From: a virus
Lineage: Duplodnaviria; Heunggongvirae; Uroviricota; Caudoviricetes
Virus record (IMG/VR): IMGVR_UViG_2529292923_000021
Coordinates: 1-19,983 of that record
DNA length: 19,983 nt
Direction: 5' to 3' (one strand)
Below the pieces are notes generated by a model. It worked only from the letters and a program-made list of their open reading frames with translations, did no database searches and had not been told where the DNA came from. Below, piece by piece: positions 8,034 through 15,288 of the stretch. A program made the translations under genes and the position numbers. Each line of letters opens with the position of its first letter. Within the stretch, counting starts at the first letter, position 1.

Positions 8034-8864
8034 TTAGTTCACATCATCACCAAAACTTGTCACATTCTGAAAAGCAATATCGGCCTTACGCTCTTCCTGG
8101 TGGCAAATGTCAACCAGAGAATCAAGAAACGGCTTCCAATTACGCGTCCATGTCCTGACATGTAGCTCGGGTATCCGCTTCAGTACAACTTTATATACTG
8201 TGGTAGACGGTACCGTGGAAAATCCATTTCCGCTGCAACGTTCGCAGATTTTAAACACTGGCACACCACGCTCGCTTGTGGCTTTGCGGTCCAGTACCTC
8301 TCCCTTTCCACCACAACGACACCTGGCACTTATCACTCCCTTCCCTTTACATACATCGCAAACGACTGGTACAACTTCCGTTACCTCTGTCCATTTCTCC
8401 CAGTCTGACGGTCGAACAGCACGGGAGCGACTGGCCCAATATGGTGCTTTACCCCATGGGTATGAAACCTTACGAATGACCTGCTTACGGGGTGTTAGTC
8501 CGGTACCACTGCAACTATGGCATGTTACGCTGGTGTCCGCCGATCGGGAATACTCAGCAAAAGCAAACTGCGCCAGTACCAGCATACACCAGCCAAATTC
8601 ACCACCAGCTGCTTTACGCACATTCTTCGGTGCAATTTCCATCGCGTGACGCGCCAGCGCTTGGACTGCCATCTGCTCATCAGTCTTGCTGATACCGGCC
8701 TTCCCGAAGAAGGCCGCCAAGCCAAACCGTTCACGATTGCTGGTGGTACCAATAGCCGCCATAACATCGGTGCCTGTAAGACGTTCCGGAGAGGTTCCTT
8801 TCACATCGTCGCCGATATACATTCCCTGAGGACTGAAGTATTTTAGCGATGCCTCAAGCTTCAT
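8034..8864 (-). CDS. Q: Late-gene antiterminator Q (long Q82/Qin-type)
   Basis: 276 aa with several CxxC zinc-finger-like clusters (CHSCSGTG, CDVCKGKG, CRCGGKG, CERCSGNG); located immediately upstream of the late promoter/terminator and lysis genes. Confidence 0.65.
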   Translation of the reverse strand: MKLEASLKYFSPQGMYIGDDVKGTSPERLTGTDVMAAIGTTSNRERFGLAAFFGKAGISKTDEQMAVQALARHAMEIAPKNVRKAAGGEFGWCMLVLAQFAFAEYSRSADTSVTCHSCSGTGLTPRKQVIRKVSYPWGKAPYWASRSRAVRPSDWEKWTEVTEVVPVVCDVCKGKGVISARCRCGGKGEVLDRKATSERGVPVFKICERCSGNGFSTVPSTTVYKVVLKRIPELHVRTWTRNWKPFLDSLVDICHQEERKADIAFQNVTSFGDDVN

Positions 8865-9718
8865 TATTCACACTCCCCAACCAGATTAAGAATAACCGCC
8901 GCGCCATTGTCTTTCATATATTCGCCCTTTCCGCTTGCCAAAAACCAACGACACACCTCCACTGCTTCAGCCCGTGTCACCGGTTTGATGGTCATCAGCA
9001 ATTTTTCAAGGTAGCGCTCGCGGTCATATACCGATTCGTGATGCTCAGAGTAACCATACTCATCGCCCTGTTCTTTAGACGCAGTGTGGCGAACACTGTA
9101 GAGCCAGTCCCAGTAAACAAACTCACGAACTACGTCTGACAATGTATGAGGCTCTGGCAGTACATCACGATAGCCATCAACATATGCACGACGCTGATCA
9201 TCAATTTCATTCATACGGATGCCATCAATTCTGCCCGCTGTCTTCTCGGCTGCAGTCCAGCCCCAGAGATGATCGTCGATAAATTTCTGGGAAGACTTGA
9301 TCACTCGCTCGGCTTCCACATCTTCGAGTGCTGCTTCATAGCTACCAAACGTAGCCCTGACTGATGTTGCTTTTTTGATATTCTCCCGGGCGATCCTGAT
9401 TGCCTGTGCCGGGTTATCCATGCCGATGGTACCGAAAGCAATCTGGAAAGGATCACCACCATTCGCCAGCAGATAACGCGAATAGCGTTCCTGGGCCTCT
9501 TTTGGGGAAATTTTAATTTTCACCAGCGCAGCCTCAGCATCCAGATGTGCGGGTTCGTTCAGACGGATAACCTCCAGCACCCAAAGATAAGCATCAGTCT
9601 GCTTATGCCCGGTGATTCTCCGTTGCTCTGGCAGGGGCTTGATGTTTGCGAGGGCGGAGCTGTACGCTGCCGTCGGGATGGTGAATAGTGCTTTATGTTC
9701 GTTGTTATCAGTACGCAT
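8864..9718 (-). CDS. Hypothetical protein (284 aa), function unknown
   Basis: Long ORF with a start overlapping the Q start region, in the position of nin/replication genes; no motif recognised. Confidence 0.65.
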   Translation of the reverse strand: MRTDNNEHKALFTIPTAAYSSALANIKPLPEQRRITGHKQTDAYLWVLEVIRLNEPAHLDAEAALVKIKISPKEAQERYSRYLLANGGDPFQIAFGTIGMDNPAQAIRIARENIKKATSVRATFGSYEAALEDVEAERVIKSSQKFIDDHLWGWTAAEKTAGRIDGIRMNEIDDQRRAYVDGYRDVLPEPHTLSDVVREFVYWDWLYSVRHTASKEQGDEYGYSEHHESVYDRERYLEKLLMTIKPVTRAEAVEVCRWFLASGKGEYMKDNGAAVILNLVGECE

Positions 9719-9843
9719 TACGCAACCGCCTTTTTCTTATGGAAAACCAGCTCTCGAACCTGATCACCGTTCATGAGCATATTGTTGAAATCATCGTGAT
9801 CCGGCCAGTACACGCTCACGCGCTGCAGGTCATTCTTTGCCAT
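9718..9843 (-). CDS. Possible small ORF (41 aa) overlapping the helicase stop; alternatively the tail of a frameshifted longer protein
   Basis: ATG at 9843-9841 overlaps the helicase stop; the tail MAKNDLQRVSVYWPDHDDFNNMLMNGDQVRELVFHKKKAVA looks protein-like. The same frame is open back to 10038. Confidence 0.3.
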   Translation of the reverse strand: MAKNDLQRVSVYWPDHDDFNNMLMNGDQVRELVFHKKKAVA

Positions 9844-11224
9844 CAGATTGGCATGAGCACATTCGCAAGCCGCAGCCAGCCCGGTGGCGCTGATAAAATT
9901 TGATCTGACTCCACCAGGACTGTTTCTCTGCCTTCGTCGACTGATGCTGATTTTTACCCAGCTTATTAAGTTTGCGGCTAGTGTCAGTATCAACGTCTTC
10001 ACCTCGCAGCGGCTTGTGTCCACATTTCGGGCAAACATAGACGCCAGCTGGCTTCATGTAGTGGCATTGAGGGCATTCATGTGGCAGTTTTTCGGCCCGT
10101 TCCTCAACTGCGCGGCGCGCGCTTTCCTCCATGCCATCAGACTTACCGGGAAGATCGTCGTACTCGATTGAATCCGGATAACCCAAACGGTGCACGGTGC
10201 CGCTGTGATCGAAGATAAGGCAGGACGCTTTACCCGGTGCGGTGCGCAGCCCACGCCCGAGTGCCTGCAACCAGCGAATTTCGCTTTTTGTTGGCCTGGC
10301 GTAGATGATGCAACGAACGTCACTATCGAATCCGGCTACCAGAACGCCCACACTAACGATGATTTTCGTTGCACCGGTTTCAAAGCGGTGAATGATGGTC
10401 TGGCGCTCATCTACCGGAGTGTCGGCGGTCATTACCTCAGCGTTAACACCCGCCAAGTTAAACTGGATTGTCAGATAATTGGCGTGAGCTACGTTGACGC
10501 AGAAAGCGATGGTAGGTAGATCCCGACCATTCTCCAGCCAGTTCTGTACGATGTCGCCCACCAGCGTAGAGCCGCACATGATTTCAGCCAGCTGTGTTTC
10601 GTTGTAATCGCGGCCGTACTCAAGCGAAGATGTGGTTTTAACACCTTTCAGATCCGGCTTAGTTGGCGCGTAAAATTCGTATTTACTCAGATCGCCACGC
10701 TGGATTAACTCGCCGATGGTGGTCGGCTTAATCAGTCGGTCATAGTATTTGCCCAGGAACGGAGAAAACGGAGTACCCGACAGGCCAATCACCTTTACGC
10801 CTTTGCCGCGCAGACGTTCGATATCCTTCAGGATGCGTTTTTTACGCAGGTGCGCTTCGTCGATAATCAGCAGATCGATATTTTCAGGAAAAACACGACG
10901 AATAAGCGTGTCAGCGCTGGCAATCTGAATTTTCCGGTCCGGATCGTAGTTCGGGTGATCCGCCCAGATATAACCGATTTCATCTCCAGGTAAACCATAC
11001 TGCACGAACCGATTAGCCGTCTGACCAATCAGGATGGTGTACGGAACACAGAACAGAACACGCATACCACGGCTGACAAAACCAGCAACTATGAAGGCTG
11101 CCAGACCCGTTTTACCGCTACCTGTTGGCGAGTAAACCATGAAGGTGTCGTTTGCCTTCCAGTCACGGCGCAACATGTTTAGCGCTCGCTCCTGTGCAAA
11201 ATTCGGCGTGATTGTCAGCTGCAT
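9830..11224 (-). CDS. Superfamily-2 DEAD/DEAH-box helicase with C-terminal zinc ribbon
   Basis: Walker A SPTGSGKT, motif II IIDEAH, motif III SGTP, motif VI QALGRGLR, and a C-terminal CPQCHY...CPKCGH zinc ribbon. Confidence 0.85.
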   Translation of the reverse strand: MQLTITPNFAQERALNMLRRDWKANDTFMVYSPTGSGKTGLAAFIVAGFVSRGMRVLFCVPYTILIGQTANRFVQYGLPGDEIGYIWADHPNYDPDRKIQIASADTLIRRVFPENIDLLIIDEAHLRKKRILKDIERLRGKGVKVIGLSGTPFSPFLGKYYDRLIKPTTIGELIQRGDLSKYEFYAPTKPDLKGVKTTSSLEYGRDYNETQLAEIMCGSTLVGDIVQNWLENGRDLPTIAFCVNVAHANYLTIQFNLAGVNAEVMTADTPVDERQTIIHRFETGATKIIVSVGVLVAGFDSDVRCIIYARPTKSEIRWLQALGRGLRTAPGKASCLIFDHSGTVHRLGYPDSIEYDDLPGKSDGMEESARRAVEERAEKLPHECPQCHYMKPAGVYVCPKCGHKPLRGEDVDTDTSRKLNKLGKNQHQSTKAEKQSWWSQIKFYQRHRAGCGLRMCSCQSDGKE

Positions 11225-11274
11225 TGTGCTGTCCCCGCAGTGATGAGATAATAATTTTGTGATGTGGTTTTCAT
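11215..11274 (-). CDS. Putative 19-aa upstream ORF / leader peptide overlapping the helicase start
   Basis: GAGGAGG sits 5 nt upstream of the ATG; MKTTSQNYYLITAGTAQCS ends 10 nt inside the helicase ORF. Confidence 0.25.
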   Translation of the reverse strand: MKTTSQNYYLITAGTAQCS

Positions 11275-11335
11275 GGATTCCTCCTCACATGGCTGGTGGT
11301 CTCCCCAAAGGCTGCCAGCCCCTTTCCGAATCAAC

Positions 11336-11704
11336 TCACTTAAATTTCGTCGCACGAATAACGTCAATTCCGTTCTCGCTATATCGAAGAGGGTGCTTAC
11401 CATCCCTGAGCAGGACAAAGCCTGACATCCCCTCAGGTAGCTGAGCCAGCTTCATCAACGAACGGTTGCGGGGAGACTTCTTATCGACCTCAATGGCACA
11501 CTGCTGGCCGTCTGATGATGTAACCAGGCAATCAATAAACCCTTTACGACCACCGCTAATGCTGATGCTGAAATTGCGTTGCAGATGGTATCCCTGAGAC
11601 TTGATTTTTTTCTGCATCACATAATCGAAAACGACTTTGTCATCGGAGCGAATGAATTGCTCTTCCAGGAGAGTGATTAAATTTTGCTTCAGGTCTTCAC
11701 TCAT
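11336..11704 (-). CDS. Hypothetical protein (122 aa) with a possible PD-(D/E)xK nuclease-like motif
   Basis: GFIDCLV followed 13 residues later by CAIEVDKK resembles the D...(D/E)xK arrangement of the restriction-endonuclease fold; this is a weak pattern match only. Confidence 0.55.
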   Translation of the reverse strand: MSEDLKQNLITLLEEQFIRSDDKVVFDYVMQKKIKSQGYHLQRNFSISISGGRKGFIDCLVTSSDGQQCAIEVDKKSPRNRSLMKLAQLPEGMSGFVLLRDGKHPLRYSENGIDVIRATKFK

Positions 11705-11953
11705 ACTTTTTTATCCATCTTGTACTAGCTTTCTGGTACAGCCGTTTTTTCAGGGGTATCCCCCTTTAGATCGAGATCTACCTAACCTATGTACCCGTCT
11801 GTTGGAAAAGCCTGTTCCAGTGCTTCGCACTAACACACGGGCACTCCTCCCCCTCCCCTCCTCTCATTGAATTTTGTGCGTACTCTTTAACTAGTACAAA
11901 AATGCAATGAGATTTGGGATTCAGCCACCGGACACCTTTAAGCCCGGTACCAA

Positions 11954-12247
11954 TCAGGAGCGCGATTGCGTTCCTGCCAGGGGCGGCTGAGTTGTATACC
12001 CCTGTAAAGCTCTGCCCTGATTTCTCACAAACAAGCGGAGCCTTGTGTTTGCTTCGTGCCTTGCTCTGTTCTCCTTGCGGAATGAAACAGGCTCAGCGTC
12101 AAAAGTGATTTCGTATACCTCCGCATATTTCAGGGCGACCTTCCGTCTCAGTGACGGAGGCAGCCCCTGTAACTGCTGCTGAATCCACTCTTCGTCTGCC
12201 TGGCAGTGCCTAGATGGCATCTCTGTCTGAACGTAATTCTGGGACAT
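11954..12247 (-). CDS. Hypothetical protein (97 aa), in the cII position
   Basis: ORF begins 13 nt after the cro-like stop on the same strand; no similarity to lambda CII recognised. Confidence 0.5.
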   Translation of the reverse strand: MSQNYVQTEMPSRHCQADEEWIQQQLQGLPPSLRRKVALKYAEVYEITFDAEPVSFRKENRARHEANTRLRLFVRNQGRALQGYTTQPPLAGTQSRS

Positions 12248-12259
12248 ACAAGCCCTTCA

Positions 12260-12532
12260 TCATTCGTTTTTCATAACTGCCGCATTTGTGGCTGTGTGAC
12301 TTCTACGTAACAAATCAGGGATTGCATCTTCAGGATGGGGATAAAGATCTGGTCTTAACCCATGAGGAGTAACTTTCCATTCCACAACTTCACATACACG
12401 CAAGACGAAACGAGCAGGAATTGTTCTTTTTGAAAACCATTGGTTCACAGCTTGCGGCGTAACGCCTAGATTTCGCGCTATGGCATTTTGTGCAATTAGC
12501 TCACGAAGTGCGTCGTAATCATTTCCTTTCAT
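12260..12532 (-). CDS. cro: Cro-like HTH regulator (YdaS/Cro family)
   Basis: 90 aa with an HTH (NLGVTPQAVNQWFSKRTIP) and a C-terminal LRPD motif typical of YdaS/Cro-family proteins; divergent from the cI-like gene; GGTGGG upstream of the ATG. Confidence 0.7.
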   Translation of the reverse strand: MKGNDYDALRELIAQNAIARNLGVTPQAVNQWFSKRTIPARFVLRVCEVVEWKVTPHGLRPDLYPHPEDAIPDLLRRSHTATNAAVMKNE

Positions 12533-12666
12533 CGCAACCCACCAATCTAAACTTTATAAATTCAAGATTACATCAAGTTTAAATTAACATGCAAGTCCAC
12601 AAAAGATCGAATACACTAAAATCAAGTAAAAATTTATCGAAACCAAGTAACCAGCAAGGATTAACA
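12533..12666. promoter_or_regulatory. cI/cro divergent promoter-operator region (OR-like)
   Basis: 134-bp AT-rich intergenic region between divergent repressor genes; the motif ATCAAGT recurs at 12572-12578 and 12621-12627. Confidence 0.5.
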
Positions 12667-13356
12667 ATGAAAAACTTAAAGAGCACTGAAAATCGAATTA
12701 CAAAGCTGCTACAGGAGAAAGGCTGGAGCCAAGCAGAGCTGGCCCGAAAATTAGGTGTCAGCGCACAGTCCGTACAGTACTGGACAACAGGAAAAACATT
12801 TCCAAGGGGAAACCGGCTTGCCCAGTTATCCGAAATAAGTGGTTATCCGCAATCGTGGTTTTTAGGAGAAATCACGTCACGGCAGTTCTCTTCAAAGGAA
12901 AAACATCAAGCAAGAACTGACAGTGTGGTCTTTAACGTGCTCGATGTTGAGTTTAGTTGCGGCGATGGAACACATGTCCGTGGGGACTTTATCGATGTAG
13001 TTCGCTCAATCGAGCTTGATCCTGAATATGCCCGTCGCCTTGTTGGCAATAGAGCATTTCAAAACATAGAGATTGGTAACGCAAGAGGAGATAGTATGGC
13101 TCCAACAATAGCCCCAGGAGATCTTCTTTTTCTCGATAAAACAGTGAATTACTTTGATGGTGATGGCATTTATGCTTTTTGCTTTGATGGTGAATGCTAC
13201 GTCAAAAGATTACAAAAGATAGGAAGTAAAATCATGGTGTTATCTGATAACCCAAATTACCAATCCTGGAGCATTGAAAAAGATGCTCTTGAGCTGCTTT
13301 ATATCCAATCGAAGGTAATCTCATCTGTTCCATTCAATATAAATAGATTTGGTTAA
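12667..13356 (+). CDS. cI: cI-like repressor (HTH-XRE plus S24 LexA-like peptidase domain); alternative upstream start at 12589
   Basis: N-terminal HTH (GWSQAELARKLGVSAQSVQYW), C-terminal S24 autoprotease motifs (GDSMAPT with the catalytic Ser; VKRL with the Lys). AAGGA lies 8 nt upstream of the ATG at 12667. Confidence 0.9.
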   Translation: MKNLKSTENRITKLLQEKGWSQAELARKLGVSAQSVQYWTTGKTFPRGNRLAQLSEISGYPQSWFLGEITSRQFSSKEKHQARTDSVVFNVLDVEFSCGDGTHVRGDFIDVVRSIELDPEYARRLVGNRAFQNIEIGNARGDSMAPTIAPGDLLFLDKTVNYFDGDGIYAFCFDGECYVKRLQKIGSKIMVLSDNPNYQSWSIEKDALELLYIQSKVISSVPFNINRFG

Positions 13357-13418
13357 TTATTGATTATTAAAGAAAAATTTACAAATCAAGTAAAAGAGAC
13401 GCAGAAATCAATTTTTTC

Positions 13419-13448
13419 TTGACAACTCCATCAATCAAGATCTAACAT
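13419..13448 (+). promoter_or_regulatory. pL-like early promoter
   Basis: TTGACA (13419-13424), 18-nt spacer, TAACAT (13443-13448); flanked by ATCAAGT-type motifs at 13385-13391 and, inverted, 13465-13471. Confidence 0.45.
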
Positions 13449-13450
13449 CA

Positions 13451-13497
13451 CACCATCAATTTTGACTTGATTTATTGTTAATTTTAAATTGATGGTG
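13451..13497 (+). repeat. Perfect 12-bp inverted repeat in the 5' leader of the first early gene
   Basis: CACCATCAATTT (13451-13462) and AAATTGATGGTG (13486-13497) are exact reverse complements; the 3' arm contains the GGTGA Shine-Dalgarno of the ORF starting at 13503. Confidence 0.8.
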
Positions 13498-13502
13498 ATT
13501 CA

Positions 13503-13931
13503 ATGAAAGATCTGACAACCGCTGAGATATCGAACTTAAACCACTTCGAAAAAGAATCCTTTGCATTAAATATTGCAAATCTGGTAGGTGCTGCTCGTAC
13601 TTTCCATTTAATTGATGGTGATCGCTCTAAAGAATTGGGGTTTGAAGTCATGGAGTTTGTTCATGAATACGCCCTGTCTGCTACTTATCCATTACATAAT
13701 CACATAATCAACAAACAACCAAATAAAATCCGCACCCAACGCGAAGCCTGCGGCTTAACAACCGCCGAACTCGCCAGGCTGCTCGATCTCGATGAAGAAA
13801 TTATCATCCAGTGGGAAAGCGGAGAGTACGAACCAACCATCAGCATGCTTATCCCTCTGGCTAATGTTCTTGGCTGTGATCCAATGTTGTTATTGACTGA
13901 TGCTTATAAACAAAATCAGGAGGAAGCATAA
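13503..13931 (+). CDS. HTH-XRE domain protein (142 aa) with an N-terminal extension of unknown function
   Basis: C-terminal HTH (CGLTTAELARLLDLDEEIIIQWESGEYEPTISMLIPLANVLGCDPMLL); first gene after the pL-like promoter. Confidence 0.75.
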   Translation: MKDLTTAEISNLNHFEKESFALNIANLVGAARTFHLIDGDRSKELGFEVMEFVHEYALSATYPLHNHIINKQPNKIRTQREACGLTTAELARLLDLDEEIIIQWESGEYEPTISMLIPLANVLGCDPMLLLTDAYKQNQEEA

Positions 13932-13932
13932 G

Positions 13933-14124
13933 ATGAAAATGTTCAAAGGCCTTACCAACGAACCGGAGACAGCTTTTCATCACATTGCCGTACTGCTTGA
14001 AGCGGGGTTAATCATTTCGGCTTCCGGTGATGAAGAATGTGATGAACTTTCGGATGATATCTTTTTACTGGCACAACAATACGCCAAAAGCGCATGCGAT
14101 GCATTTAAGGAGCAAAGAACATGA
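13933..14124 (+). CDS. Small acidic protein (63 aa)
   Basis: AGGAAG 7 nt upstream of the ATG at 13933 (ORF track gives a non-ATG start at 13900); acidic composition. Confidence 0.55.
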   Translation: MKMFKGLTNEPETAFHHIAVLLEAGLIISASGDEECDELSDDIFLLAQQYAKSACDAFKEQRT

Positions 14125-14312
14125 TAACTCCATTAAATATTCTTGAGGAAGTGGCGGCACAAATAAAAGAGAATACATCAATGCTTGAATTTATATTTAA
14201 GAATTCGCCCGACCAAGGAGAGACAGACGATTATTTATGCTGTCTCATTCGCTCCATGAATAAGACCTGTGAAATGGCTTACGAGTATATAGAAACACTA
14301 CGCAACGAATAA
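14121..14312 (+). CDS. Small acidic protein (63 aa)
   Basis: ATGA start/stop overlap with the preceding ORF; acidic composition. Confidence 0.55.
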   Translation: MITPLNILEEVAAQIKENTSMLEFIFKNSPDQGETDDYLCCLIRSMNKTCEMAYEYIETLRNE

Positions 14313-14394
14313 AGAACACTCAGTAAAAAATCACACATAAAAACATGACGGCCTCTGGTCGTGGATTTCCACAACCAGAAAATAATGGTGATGC

Positions 14395-14493
14395 ATGAAA
14401 AATAGAAACGCTTATAAAACCGCATTATTAATGGCTAATGCAGGATACTGGTCAGTTGCAATACTGTTTCTCAGAAAAGCATACGGGAAATAA
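14395..14493 (+). CDS. Putative small hydrophobic peptide (32 aa)
   Basis: GGTGA 4 nt upstream of the ATG; MKNRNAYKTALLMANAGYWSVAILFLRKAYGK has one hydrophobic segment. Below the ORF-track length cut-off. Confidence 0.3.
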   Translation: MKNRNAYKTALLMANAGYWSVAILFLRKAYGK

Positions 14494-14496
14494 CAA

Positions 14497-14856
14497 ATGG
14501 CATGTACAACCATTTATAAAGATCGTCGCCGCATGGTAACAGCGGCACTCCGGCGGATGCAACGTAAAACAGGTAGTAATCTGCTCGTCGTTGACCTCCC
14601 GGACGGAGAAATAACAACGATAGAAATAACTGAACAGTTCATGAACCAGTTGTTATTACGATTTGAGGGTCTTACCCGTGTTGAATATGGACGGACGGAA
14701 GGAGAAGCAACAATCCGTACCGCATACCAGAATGCCATCGGTATTAATCAACACACGGAATATCTCACTGAATCAGGGAAACTGATAGTGGACGGCCTTT
14801 TAAAAGAGGTTGTTGACTACGTAAAAGAGAAATATATCAGTGGAGGAATTAACTGA
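14497..14856 (+). CDS. Hypothetical protein (119 aa)
   Basis: ORF in the early operon, tightly packed with its neighbours; no motif recognised. Confidence 0.55.
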   Translation: MACTTIYKDRRRMVTAALRRMQRKTGSNLLVVDLPDGEITTIEITEQFMNQLLLRFEGLTRVEYGRTEGEATIRTAYQNAIGINQHTEYLTESGKLIVDGLLKEVVDYVKEKYISGGIN

Positions 14857-15065
14857 TGTCTGATTTATCCCCTCTTATACACGAAAAAGTACAGATCATT
14901 ATGACGATTGAAAATGGTCAGGTAATAAATACCCGTAAAGTTCACAATAACGAGATGATTGCCAGCATGGATACCTTCTTATGGATAGCAAAGAAAGCGG
15001 GATATCAGGTAATCGCTCCTGATCTGGAGGAAATCGGTGACATTAACAGCAATACGAATTCCTGA
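14856..15065 (+). CDS. Hypothetical protein (69 aa)
   Basis: Start overlaps the previous stop (ATGA-type coupling). Confidence 0.5.
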   Translation: MSDLSPLIHEKVQIIMTIENGQVINTRKVHNNEMIASMDTFLWIAKKAGYQVIAPDLEEIGDINSNTNS

Positions 15066-15258
15066 GTGGGTGCACCTGCAGGCGGTCCGTGTTCTCCGCC
15101 AGTTCAGAGCCAGACGAATTCATCCCTGTCGTATGCACGGCTCCGGAAACCTGAGTCTGAGGGTTAATCGCCGCTGGCGGCTGCTGTCCCGAGACGGCGG
15201 CCAGAACTGGGAAGTAATGAGCCATGAACGATACAGCAAAGTTAAGGACCGGAAATGA
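15037..15258 (+). CDS. HigB/RelE-superfamily toxin-like protein (73 aa, GTG start); possibly truncated at the N-terminus
   Basis: IHPCRMHGSGNLSLRVNRRWRLLSRDGGQNWEVMSHERY resembles the HigB core LHPLKGDREGYWSITVRANWRITFQF...DYH (recalled from memory). GGAGG lies 6 nt upstream of the GTG at 15037. Locally GC-rich compared with its AT-rich neighbours. Confidence 0.4.
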   Translation: MTLTAIRIPEWVHLQAVRVLRQFRARRIHPCRMHGSGNLSLRVNRRWRLLSRDGGQNWEVMSHERYSKVKDRK

Positions 15259-15288
15259 ACAATAAACCTTCAAACCAAAAGGAGAGTA

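Noticed and set aside
8107-9364. Plus-strand ORFs antisense to Q and the 284-aa gene (8107-8649, 8276-8479, 8492-8692, 8517-8846, 8849-9139, 9146-9364) and minus-strand 8525-8767
   Set aside because: They overlap longer, motif-bearing minus-strand genes and have atypical composition.
9884-10519. Plus-strand ORFs 9884-10171 and 10190-10519, and minus-strand 10054-10323, within the helicase gene
   Set aside because: Antisense or alternative frames of a helicase ORF with clear conserved motifs.
11914-12108. Plus-strand 64-aa ORF overlapping the 97-aa minus-strand gene
   Set aside because: Overlaps a coupled minus-strand gene and has no ribosome-binding site.
14514-15273. Minus-strand ORFs 14514-14738 and 15043-15273 inside the plus-strand early operon
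   Set aside because: Antisense to tightly packed plus-strand genes; Arg/Ser-rich translations.
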